Part shown: piece by piece, positions 1-10,000 of the stretch
How the letters are laid out: each line of letters opens with the position of its first letter
Position numbering within the stretch: the first letter of the stretch is position 1
From: Nemertoderma westbladi
Lineage: Eukaryota; Animalia; Xenacoelomorpha
Length of the DNA stretch: 40,369 nt
Assembly: GCA_032718475.1 (NCBI GenBank)
Contig: JAUCBJ010004943.1
Coordinates: 1 to 40,369 of the forward strand
Reading direction: 5' to 3'
Program-made: the position numbers and the translations under genes
Notes under the pieces: model-generated
Seen by the model: the letters and a program-made list of their open reading frames with translations, nothing else
Told to the model about the DNA's origin: nothing
The model's database searches: none

Positions 1-197
1 AGACGTGGTGACCTAATGATATTAATTCAAAAAATGTAATATTTATTTATACACGAATAATAATTGTACTATTTGTATATTTATTTCCAATGTAAAAACT
101 ATACTTTCATTTTTAAATCGTTGGTAATTCAGTTCTAGCTCCAGTTCCTGTATTCAAAAAAATCAAATTTCAGTTCGGAAAAAATTTCAAAAACCAT

Positions 198-1104
198 TTC
201 AGATCAGCTTTTGATGCCATTCGCCCCGGTATCCAGTACCCTCCACTGGACCAGTTAACAATGGTGAGGTTTCCGATTGGTGAAACTGCCATCACCTCCT
301 GTCTGACAAGAAAGGTGGGGGATCTCTCCACGCTTGTCAGCCGTCTTCCACTGCTGGAGGCCCACCGCGGTTTCTTCCTCCTGAGGAACTCGTTCGCCAT
401 GAACGGCTTACGTACTTCCTCAGGACGGCTCCCTCCTTCCAGTTCCCAGCACTTCTCAGGGACTACGACCGAATCCTCCGAAGTGCCCTCCAAGAGGTCG
501 CAATACCGATATTGGCGATCAAGCCTGGGCACAGGCCTGGCTCCCAGCACGATTGGGTGGACTAGGATTGGGCTCGGCGGTGCAGCTCGCACCCTCTGCC
601 TTTTAGGCTTCAGCGGCTGCCTGTACCGAGCTCTCCAACCGTCTACACCAGTCCGAGGGGTCTCCTGGACCATACATGGAGTTGGCCCATGCCACCCGAA
701 GTGCATCCCTACCGCGAGATTCGGCACCACCATCCGCCGTATCGAGTCAGAGAGCCTGGATGCTCCCAGTTCACGAGGAGTATCTCGCCACCCTGCGCCT
801 CGTGGCTTCATCCCTTGATCTCGCCCGTTTGAACTCCCTCGCTGACCCTACTGCGGGCTGCTGGATCGATGCACTTCCTAGCGCCTCATTAGGACTGAAG
901 CTTTCAAAATTAGCAGTTTCGAATCGCCATTGCCACTCGCCTTGGATGTAAAGTTGTGGAACCCCACACATGCGATCGATGTGGAACTCCAGTGGCTGCG
1001 AATGGCCTCCATGGCCTTTCCTGTCGGAGGAGCGCTGGCCGTATGCCCGCCATGCGATGTTGAATGACATTGTGAGGCGGGCGCTGGTCAGCTGTGGGGT
1101 CGCT
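198..1104 (+). mobile_element. 5'-truncated, frameshifted CRE-clade (RLE-type) non-LTR retrotransposon ORF remnant, part 1 (post-RT region to CCHC zinc knuckle)
   Basis: Manual translation across frameshifts gives ...FPIG...LEAHRGFFLLRNSFA/RLTYFLRTAP...QAWAQAWLPARLGGLGL...LAPSAF*ASA...QRAW...ARLNSLADPTAGCWIDALPSASLGLKL...FRIAIATRLG...PHTCDRCG...GLHGLSC...HAMLNDIVRRALVSCGVA. These motifs are recalled as typical of CRE-like elements. The stretch is GC-richer than its flanks, with several frameshifts (~400, ~503, ~750, ~910) and a stop at 604-606. Confidence 0.85.
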
Positions 1105-1129
1105 GTACTGCAATTGCAATTTACTAGTA

Positions 1130-1551
1130 CATTAATACATAGCATATTATAATAATATACTATACACTATATGTAGCTCTAAACAATCCGACAATATCAA
1201 CACTTTCAATATAATTCCAGGTAACTAATTAAAAAACATTGGGATTTCTGTAATCTTGGATATATATCGTCAATTAAATCGATAAAACTAGGCTGGAAAA
1301 CTAGACAAAATTATAATTCGCCGAAATACGATTACCCAAACGAATTTGGGTAATTAGTACCAGTCCAGTATTCCCACCTCCAAAAAAAAAACTTCGTTAC
1401 TAGAGTGTCACGTGTTGGTTAATAGTCGCCACGAGAATATTAAATATAATTTTAAGTTGTATAGTATAGTATATTAGCAGCCCGGTACCAAATTTCATCG
1501 AAATCCGAGGAAAAAATGTTAAAGTAATATACAGCATTAATACATAGCATA
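1130..1551. repeat. Perfect 17-bp direct repeat CATTAATACATAGCATA (1130-1146 and 1535-1551), possible target-site duplication of a nested 388-bp insert
   Basis: Exact match read directly from the sequence. Confidence 0.65.
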
Positions 1552-1630
1552 GTTAATTGCATAATAAATAAACTTGCAATAGAGCAATTTACAGCTGAGA
1601 AATAGGCGTTCAAAGATTGCAAGAATTATT

Positions 1631-1813
1631 GTTCGCTGCAGGCCATTTATTCTATTTAATAAATACACAAATTCTAGAACGTGTTATTTATTTCATGAGT
1701 TGGTTGGCAACAGCGGTATTCCTATCCAATATATCTATTGCGTAGCTATTCATACATAAACAAATTGTTTCAGAACATCGTGTATTTATTAGAATAAATG
1801 GCCTACAGCGAAC
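1631..1813. repeat. Imperfect ~35-bp inverted repeat pair (MITE/foldback-like, ~183 bp overall)
   Basis: 1631-1668 GTTCGCTGCAGGCCATTTATTCTATTTAATAAATACAC versus reverse complement of 1780-1813 GTTCGCTGTAGGCCATTTATTCTAATAAATACAC (1 mismatch, one 4-nt indel). Confidence 0.8.
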
Positions 1814-1838
1814 GATGAAAACAGCTCGTCTCGATACT

Positions 1839-2289
1839 TCCATCCTGGAGCCCCCAGGCCTCTGCAGGAATGACGGGAAGAGGGTAGATTGAGTCACCCT
1901 GGTTCCATGGTCCCAGGGCCGAACCCTCACCTGGGATGCCACGGGATCCACTGGCACCAAGCCATTTGCACCAGACGCTAATTGCTGGAGGGCGCACCGT
2001 GGAGGGAGCAGAACGTGGCAAAAATGCCACCTACAATGAGGTGATGGAGCGAGGTCACATCTTCCATTCCGTGGCCTTTGAAACCTTGGGTCGCTCCGGC
2101 CCGGAGACCTCCAACTTCCTCCATGAGATTGGTTCCTGTCTGCAGACAGTTACCCACGAACCCCGCTCTCACCAGTTCCTTCTACAATGAATCGGTATAG
2201 CCATTCTCGTGGGTAATGCCGCTTCCATCCTAGCGACGACGGGACCTTCTCCAGGCGGCCTCTTTGAGCACCCAGACCCACATCGTTAG
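1839..2289 (+). mobile_element. CRE-clade retrotransposon remnant, part 2: PD-(D/E)xK restriction-like endonuclease C-terminus (pseudogenised)
   Basis: [34 protein letters not shown]...AERGKNATY...FHSVAFETLG...FLLQ*IGIAILVGNAASI. This matches the EPxGLxRxDGKRPDG / WDAT / ETLG / QRISIAIQRGNA motifs of CRE endonucleases. Stops lie at 1890-1892 and 2188-2190. It joins part 1 in frame (GTC GCT | TCC ATC) once 1105-1838 is removed. Confidence 0.85.
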
Positions 2290-2869
2290 TTGGATGTGGA
2301 AAGGGGCGAAACCAATCGAAATCACCGAAATGGTAGCCAATGGAGGAACCAATTGGACAACGGTAACAATGGTCAACAAAATCTTGATCTGATATTGACT
2401 CCGCACAGCTTACTCGATTACTAATGTCACTAGTACATCAACCATGTAATATCTGTAACTTGTATGGCTTAAATTTCAGTTTATAATGACTCGTTGAGCT
2501 TTGCTTTTACTTATCCCAAGGGCTAGTCAAGGCCAGCCGGCTTAGAGAGGTCGCTGGTTTGTCTATAAAATGAGACTCGATTTCATCTATCCTACTTTCG
2601 TCAAGCGAGACCCGACCAGAACCAAGTTTTCTTAATAGAGTTTTCTCGGAAGTAAATTTAATGATAAGCTGCTTGATGTCAGTATTAGTAGGATGGCGTT
2701 CCCCAGGGACTTGGTGTGCGCAAATCTGGGAACCACTCTTTCGTGTTACAATTAATTGTAATAATTTGGCAATAAAAATGCGAAAACCTCATACATATTA
2801 TTATGTACCTTTTTTTGATAAGACTTTCCTTGTCAAAATTAAAAAATCTGTTTCAAAATTAATTTGAAA

Positions 2870-2982
2870 CAAAAAATAGAACTCTCTAGCTATCCAATGA
2901 CGCCATAATTACTGAAAATCATTAACATGGAGCTGCACAAATAAAATTACAAAAAGTATCAAATTTTGTGGGACACCCTGTA
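2870..2982. mobile_element. Probable terminal fragment of a Tc1/mariner-type MITE (one TIR end followed by TA)
   Basis: ...TTTTGTGGGACACCCTG|TA at ~2964-2982 is the reverse complement of TA|CAGGGTGTCCCACAAAA, a common mariner-family terminus. No partner TIR was found in the window and the left boundary is uncertain. Confidence 0.45.
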
Positions 2983-3310
2983 TATCAGGGAAATTTAAAA
3001 ATTTAGTAGTATAATTATAAATTAGTATTAAATATTAATAACGAATTATTTCAAACAGTTGTGTGATACTTTTGTGCACAATTACAACCTAAACGTTCAA
3101 TGAAAATTTCAGATAATCTGGACAAAACTTATAGATGTAGCCAGTGTTTTTAAGTTGCTAAAGTCGGGGAAAATATATTCTGAAAAAAAGGTTTTAAATC
3201 TCCGTTAAATTCGACATCATAATCGATTAGAAAATGCAAAATATGTTAACGAAATCTTTAAGATTAGTTTAAAATAATATAAAACATTAAATAATAATAC
3301 TTCGTGTTTA

Positions 3311-3318
3311 ACCCACCT
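3311..3318 (-). promoter_or_regulatory. 5' splice donor AG|GTGGGT ending the Prp40 FF exon
   Basis: Similarity to PRPF40 stops here and the sequence becomes AT-rich. The GT is canonical with G at +5 and T at +6. Confidence 0.8.
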
Positions 3319-3993
3319 GTTTAGCTCCATAATATGTTCCTCAAAACATATCAATGCGTCTTCCTTGTCCATATTCTGTAGAAGTAGATCCTCGGTGAAG
3401 GCGGAATTCTCAGCCAACGCGATCTGCACATCGCTCCATGTCGTCTTGTACGTAACCTCCTCCATGACCGCTAGAATCTTAGTCAAACTCAACATATTCC
3501 TCTTCCGCAACTGTTTGGCCGCTTCCTTCTCCCGTCGCAGTCGCGCTGTCATCGCGTCGCTGTAGATCTCTATCCGTTCCGGCTCCTTCACCGTGTTCCA
3601 CAACTCGTCGTCAGCGAGGAGTTTCCCCGCCCGTTTATAGGAAGTGGCGCCGGTAAGTCGATCGGTTTCATCAAGAAATCTTCGCAATTCCTCTTTAGCC
3701 CGTCGATACCGCAACCGAGCCAAGTCGCGTTCTTCTTTCTGTTTCTGCGTTTTGTAGTTGTTGAATATCTGTTTGCGGTCTTGAAGCATCGAAAGCGCTT
3801 CGAACCGCGGGTCCTTGTTGATGCACTTCATGGTGGCGTCCCACACAGCGGTGCCCGGGATGGCTGAGTCCCGTAGCAGTTGTAGGAAGGCCGCCTTTGC
3901 CGTCTCGTGAGAATTCCATGAGGTTATTGTAGGACTTTTACGCGGCGATTCCGATAGCTTAGTTTCGGTTTCCTTTCGCTCTCGTATATTTAC
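3317..3993 (-). CDS. PRPF40: Internal coding exon of pre-mRNA-processing factor 40 homolog (Prp40/PRPF40A-like), FF domains 1-3
   Basis: Translation SWNSHETAKAAFLQLL...WDATMKCINKDPRFEAL...RKQIFNNYK...AKQLRKRN...VTYKTTWSDVQ...LQNMDKEDALICFEEHI aligns by eye with human PRPF40A (TWNTKEEAKQAFKELL...AKQLRKRN...VTYSTTWSEAQ...LQNMDKEDALICFEEHI). Acceptor TTATTTTATATCCCAG| (AG at 3995-3994) and donor AACAG|GTGGGT (GT at 3316-3315). 677 nt, phase 0 to phase 2, no stops. The WW-domain exons and C-terminal exons are outside the window. Confidence 0.93.
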
Positions 3994-4025
3994 CTGGGAT
4001 ATAAAATAATAAGAGAGCACTGAGG
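3994..4025 (-). promoter_or_regulatory. 3' splice site (pyrimidine tract + CAG) and candidate branch point of the Prp40 upstream intron
   Basis: The minus strand reads GGCCTCAGTGCTCTCTTATTATTTTATATCCCAG|GTAAAT. The candidate branch A in CCTCAG is at position 4021, ~27 nt from the acceptor. Confidence 0.7.
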
Positions 4026-7000
4026 CCACTGAGTACACAGTAATAGAGGCGGTGGGGACCTAAGAGGCCACTGAGTACACAGTAATAGAGGCGGTGGGGA
4101 CCTAAGAGGCCACTGAGTACACAGTAATAGAGGCGGTGGGCACCTAAGAGGCCACTGAGTACACAGTAATAGAGGCGGTGGGGACCTAAGAGGCCACTGA
4201 GTACACAGTAATAGAGGCGGTGGGGACCTAAGAGGCCACTGAGTACACAGTAATAGAGGCGGTGGGGACCTAAGAGGCCACTGAGTACACAGTAATAGAG
4301 GCGGTGGGGACCTAAGAGGCCACTAAGTACACAGTAATAGAGGCGGTGGGGACCTAAGAGGCCACTGAGTACACAGTAAAAGAGGCGGTGGGGACCTAAG
4401 AAGCCACTGAGTACACAGTAATAGAGGTGGTGGGGACCTAAGAGGGCACTGAGTACACAGTAATAGAGGCGGTGGGCACCTAAGAGGGCACTCAGTACAC
4501 AGTAATAGAGGCGGTGGGGACCTAAGAGGGCACTGAGTACACAGTAATAGAGGCGGTGGGGACCTAAGAGGGCACTGAGTACACAGTAATAGAGGTGGTG
4601 GGGACCTAAGAGGCCACTGAGTACACAGTAATAGAGGCGGTGGGGACCTAAGAGGCCACTGAGTACACAGTAATAGAGGCGGTGGGGACCTAAGAGGGCA
4701 CTGAGTACACAGTAATAGAGGCGGTGGGGACCTAAGAGGGCACTGAGTACACAGTAATAGAGGTGGTGGGGACCTAAGAGGCCACTGAGTACACAGTAAT
4801 AGAGGCGGTGGGCACCTAAGAGGCCACTGAGTACACAGTAATAGAGGCGGTGGGGACCTAAGAGGCCACTGAGTACACAGTAATAGAGGCGGTGGGGACC
4901 TAAGAGGCCACTGAGTACACAGTAATAGAGGCGGTGGGGACCTAAGAGGCCACTGAGTACACAGTAATAGAGGCGGTGGGGACCTAAGAGGGCACTGAGT
5001 ACACAGTAATAGAGGTGGTGGGGACCTAAGAGGCCACTGAGTACACAGTAATAGAGGCGGTGGGCACCTAAGAGGCCACTGAGTACACAGTAATAGAGGC
5101 GGTGGGGACCTAAGAGGCCACTGAGTACACAGTAATAGAGGCGGTGGGGACCTAAGAGGCCACTGAGTACACAGTAATAGAGGCGGTGGGGACCTAAGAG
5201 GCCACTGAGTACACAGTAATAGAGGTGGTGGGGACCTAAGAGGCCACTGAGTACACAGTAATAGAGGCGGTGGGGACCTAAGAGGCCACTAAGTACACAG
5301 TAATAGAGGCGGTGGGGACCTAAGAGGCCACTGAGTACACAGTAATAGAGGCGGTGGGAACCTAAGAGGCCACTGAGTACACAGTAATAGAGGCGGTGGG
5401 GACCTAAGAGGCCACTGAGTACACAGTAATAGAGGTGGTGGGGACCTAAGAGGCCACTGAGTACACAGTAATAGAGGCGGTGGGGACCTAAGAGGCCACT
5501 AAGTACACAGTAATAGAGGCGGTGGGGACCTAAGAGGCCACTGAGTACACAGTAATAGAGGCGGTGGGGACCTAAGAGGCCACTGAGTACACAGTAATAG
5601 AGGCGGTGGGGACCTAAGAGGCCACTGAGTACACAGTAATAGAGGTGGTGGGGACCTAAGAGGCCACTGAGTACACAGTAATAGAGGCGGTGGGGACCTA
5701 AGAGGCCACTAAGTACACAGTAATAGAGGCGGTGGGGACCTAAGAGGCCACTGAGTACACAGTAATAGAGGCGGTGGGAACCTAAGAGGCCACTGAGTAC
5801 ACAGTAATAGAGGCGGTGGGGACCTAAGAGGCCACTGAGTACACAGTAATAGAGGCGGTGGGGACCTAAGAGGCCACTGAGTACACAGTAATAGAGGTGG
5901 TGGGGACCTAAGAGGCCACTGAGTACACAGTAATAGAGGCGGTGGGGACCTAAGAGGCCACTGAGTACACAGTAATAGAGGTGGTGGGGACCTAAGAGGC
6001 CACTGAGTACACAGTAATAGAGGCGGTGGGGACCTAAGAGGCCACTAAGTACACAGTAATAGAGGCGGTGGGGACCTAAGAGGCCACTGAGTACACAGTA
6101 ATAGAGGCGGTGGGGACCTAAGAGGCCACTGAGTACACAGTAAAAGAGGCGGTGGGGACCTAAGAAGCCACTGAGTACACAGTAATAGAGGCGGTGGGGA
6201 CCTAAGAGGCCACTGAGTACACAGTAATAGAGGCGGTGGGGACCTAAGAGGCCACTGAGTACACAGTAATAGAGGCGGTGGGGACCTAAGAGGCCACTGA
6301 GTACACAGTAATAGAGGCGGTGGGGACCTAAGAGGGCACTGAGTACACAGTAATAGAGGCGGTGGGGACCTAAGAGGCCAATGAGTACACAGTAATAGAG
6401 GCGGTGGGGACCTAAGAGGCCACTAAGTACACAGTAATAGAGGCGGTGGGGACCTAAGAGGCCACTGAGTACACAGTAAAAGAGGCGGTGGGGACCTAAG
6501 AGGCCACTAAGTACACAGTAATAGAGGCGGTGGGGACCTAAGAGGCCACTGAGTACACAGTAATAGAGGCGGTGGGCACCTAAGAGGCCACTGAGTACAC
6601 AGTAATAGAGGTGGTGGGGACCTAAGAGGCCACTGAGTACACAGTAATAGAGGCGGTGGGGACCTAAGAGGCCACTGAGTACACAGTAATAGAGGCGGTG
6701 GGGACCTAAGAGGCCACTGAGTACACAGTAAAAGAGGCGGTGGGGACCTAAGAGGCCACTGAGTACACAGTAATAGAGGCGGTGGGGACCTAAGAGGCCA
6801 CTGAGTACACAGTAATAGAAGCGGTGGGGACCTAAGAGGCCACTGAGTACACAGTAATAGAGGCGGTGGGGACCTAAGAGGCGGTGGGGACCTAAGAGGC
6901 CACTGAGTACACAGTAATAGAGGCGGTGGGGACCTAAGAGGCCACTGAGTACACAGTAATAGAAGCGGTGGGGACCTAAGAGGCCACTGAGTACACAGTA

Positions 7001-10000
7001 ATAGAGGCGGTGGGCACCTAAGAGGCCACTGAGTACACAGTAATAGAGGCGGTGGGGACCTAAGAGGCCACTGAGTACACAGTAATAGAGGCGGTGGGGA
7101 CCTAAGAGGCCACTGAGTACACAGTAATAGAGGCGGTGGGGACCTAAGAGGCCACTGAGTACACAGTAATAGAGGCGGTGGGCACCTAAGAGGCCACTGA
7201 GTACACAGTAATAGAGGCGGTGGGGACCTAAGAGGCCACTGAGTACACAGTAATAGAGGCGGTGGGCACCTAAGAGGCCACTGAGTACACAGTAATAGAG
7301 GCGGTGGGGACCTAAGAGGCCACTGAGTACACAGTAATAGAGGCGGTGGGGACCTAAGAGGCCACTGAGTACACAGTAATAGAGGCGGTGGGCACCTAAG
7401 AGGCCACTGAGTACACAGTAATAGAGGCGGTGGGGACCTAAGAGGCCACTGAGTACACAGTAATAGAGGCGGTGGGGACCTAAGAGGCCACTGAGTACAC
7501 AGTAATAGAGGCGGTGGGGACCTAAGAGGCCACTGAGTACACAGTAATAGAGGCGGTGGGGACCTAAGAGGCCACTGAGTACACAGTAATAGAGGCGGTG
7601 GGGACCTAAGAGGCCACTGAGTACACAGTAATAGAGGCGGTGGGGACCTAAGAGGCCACTGAGTACACAGTAATAGAGGTGGTGGGGACCTAAGAGGCCA
7701 CTGAGTACACAGTAATAGAGGCGGTGGGGACCTAAGAGGCCACTGAGTACACAGTAATAGAGGCGGTGGGGACCTAAGAGGCCACTGAGTACACAGTAAT
7801 AGAGGCGGTGGGGACCTAAGAGGCCACTGAGTCCACAGTAATAGAGGCGGTGGGGACCTAAGAGGGCACTGAGTACACAGTAATAGAGGTGGTGGGGACC
7901 TAAGAGGCCACTGAGTACACAGTAATAGAGGCGGTGGGGACCTAAGAGGCCACTGAGTACACAGTAATAGAGGCGGTGGGGACCTAAGAGGCCACTGAGT
8001 ACACAGTAATAGAGGCGGTGGGGACCTACTAAGAGGCCACTGAGTACACAGTAATAGAGGCGGTGGGGACCTAAGAGGCCACTGAGTACACAGTAATAGA
8101 GGCGGTGGGGCACCTAAGAGGGCACTGAGTACACAGTAATAGAGGCGGTGGGGACCTAAGAGGGCACTGAGTACACAGTAATAGAGGCGGTGGGCACCTA
8201 AGAGGGCACTGAGTACACAGTAATAGAGGCGGTGGGGATGTAAGAGGCCACTGAGTACACAGTAATAGAGGCGGTGGGGACCTAAGAGGCCACTGAGTAC
8301 ACAGTAATAGAGGCGGTGGGGACCTAAGAGGGCACTGAGTACACAGTAATAGAGGCGGTGGGGACCTAAGAGGCCACTGAGTACACAGTAATAGAGGCGG
8401 TGGGGACCTAAGAGGCCACTGAGTACACAGTAATAGAGGCGGTGGGGACCTAAGAGGCCACTGAGTACACAGTAATAGAGGCGGTGGGGACCTAAGAGGC
8501 CACTGAGTACACAGTAATAGAGGCGGTGGGGACCTAAGAGGCCACTGAGTACACAGTAATAGAGGCGGTGGGGACCTAAGAGGCCACTGAGTACACAGTA
8601 ATAGAGGCGGTGGGGACCTAAGAGGCCACTGAGTACACAGTAATAGAGGCGGTGGGGACCTAAGAGGCCACTGAGTACACTGTAATAGAGGCGGTGGGGA
8701 CCTAAGAGGCCACTGAGTACACAGTAATAGAGGCGGTGGGGACCTAAGAGGCCACTGAGTACACTGTAATAGAGGCGGTGGGGACCTAAGAGGCCACTGA
8801 GTACACAGTAATAGAGGCGGTGGGGACCTAAGAGGCCACTGAGTACACAGTAATAGAGGCGGTGGGGACCTAAGAGGCCACTGAGTACACAGTAATAGAG
8901 GCGGTGGGGACCTAAGAGGCCACTGAGTACACTGTAATAGAGGCGGTGGGGACCTAAGAGGCCACTGAGTACACAGTAATAGAGGTGGTGGGGACCTAAG
9001 AGGCCACTAAGTACACAGTAATAGAGGCGGTGGGGACCTAAGAGGCCACTGAGTACACAGTAATAGAGGTGGTGGGGACCTAAGAGGCCACTGAGTACAC
9101 AGTAATAGAGGCGGTGGGGACCTAAGAGGCCACTGAGTACACAGTAATAGAGGCGGTGGGGACCTAAGAGGCCACTGAGTACACAGTAATAGAGGCGGTG
9201 GGGACCTACTAAGAGGCCACTGAGTACACAGTAATAGAGGCGGTGGGGACCTAAGAGGCCACTGAGTACACAGTAATAGAGGCGGTGGGCACCTAAGAGG
9301 GCACTGAGTACACAGTAATAGAGGCGGTGGGGACCTAAGAGGGCACTGAGTACACAGTAATAGAGGCGGTGGGCACCTAAGAGGGCACTGAGTACACAGT
9401 AATAGAGGCGGTGGGGACCTAAGAGGCCACAGAGTACACAGTAATAGAGGCGGTGGGGACCTAAGAGGCCACTGAGTACACAGTAATAGAGGCGGTGGGG
9501 ATGTAAGAGGCCACTGAGTACACAGTAATAGAGGCGGTGGGGACCTAAGAGGCCACTGAGTACACAGTAATAGAGGCGGTGGGGACCTAAGAGGGCACTG
9601 AGTACACAGTAATAGAGGCGGTGGGGACCTAAGAGGCCACTGAGTACACAGTAATAGAGGCGGTGGGGACCTAAGAGGCCACTGAGTACACAGTAATAGA
9701 GGCGGTGGGGACCTAAGAGGCCACTGAGTACACAGTAATAGAGGCGGTGGGGACCTAAGAGGCCACTGAGTACACAGTAATAGAGGCGGTGGGGACCTAA
9801 GAGGCCACTGAGTACACAGTAATAGAGGCGGTGGGGACCTAAGAGGCCACTGAGTACACAGTAATAGAGGCGGTGGGGACCTAAGAGGCCACTGAGTACA
9901 CAGTAATAGAGGCGGTGGGGACCTAAGAGGCCACTGAGTACACTGTAATAGAGGCGGTGGGGACCTAAGAGGCCACTGAGTACACAGTAATAGAGGCGGT

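Larger units (their letters stand above)
1105..1838. mobile_element. ~734-bp AT-rich non-coding insertion (probably composite non-autonomous elements) interrupting the retrotransposon
   Basis: Abrupt compositional switch at both ends, and removal restores the reading frame. CT is present at both junctions (1103-1104, 1837-1838). It contains internal direct and inverted repeats. Confidence 0.7.

Noticed and set aside
1-16. AGACGTGGTGACCTAA resembling the repeat's GTGGGGACCTAA
   Set aside because: An 11/12 match is plausible by chance in 4 kb, and it is truncated by the window edge.
1105-1838. Insertion as a spliceosomal intron in the retrotransposon ORF
   Set aside because: No frame-restoring placement of the boundaries gives GT...AG on either strand.
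170-2172. Minus-strand ORFs 170-811, 771-1145, 910-1119, 1688-1960, 1803-2030, 1978-2172
   Set aside because: These are antisense shadows of the GC-rich retrotransposon remnant with no recognisable motifs.
2661-2867. 68-aa plus-strand ORF (also 3365-3565 and 3695-3919)
   Set aside because: These are short with no motifs. They lie in AT-rich intron sequence or overlap the Prp40 exon in alternative frames.
3217-4038. ORF 3217-4038 as a complete single-exon gene
   Set aside because: Its ends are intronic read-through past the splice sites at 3994 and 3316. It lacks the WW domains and the C-terminus.
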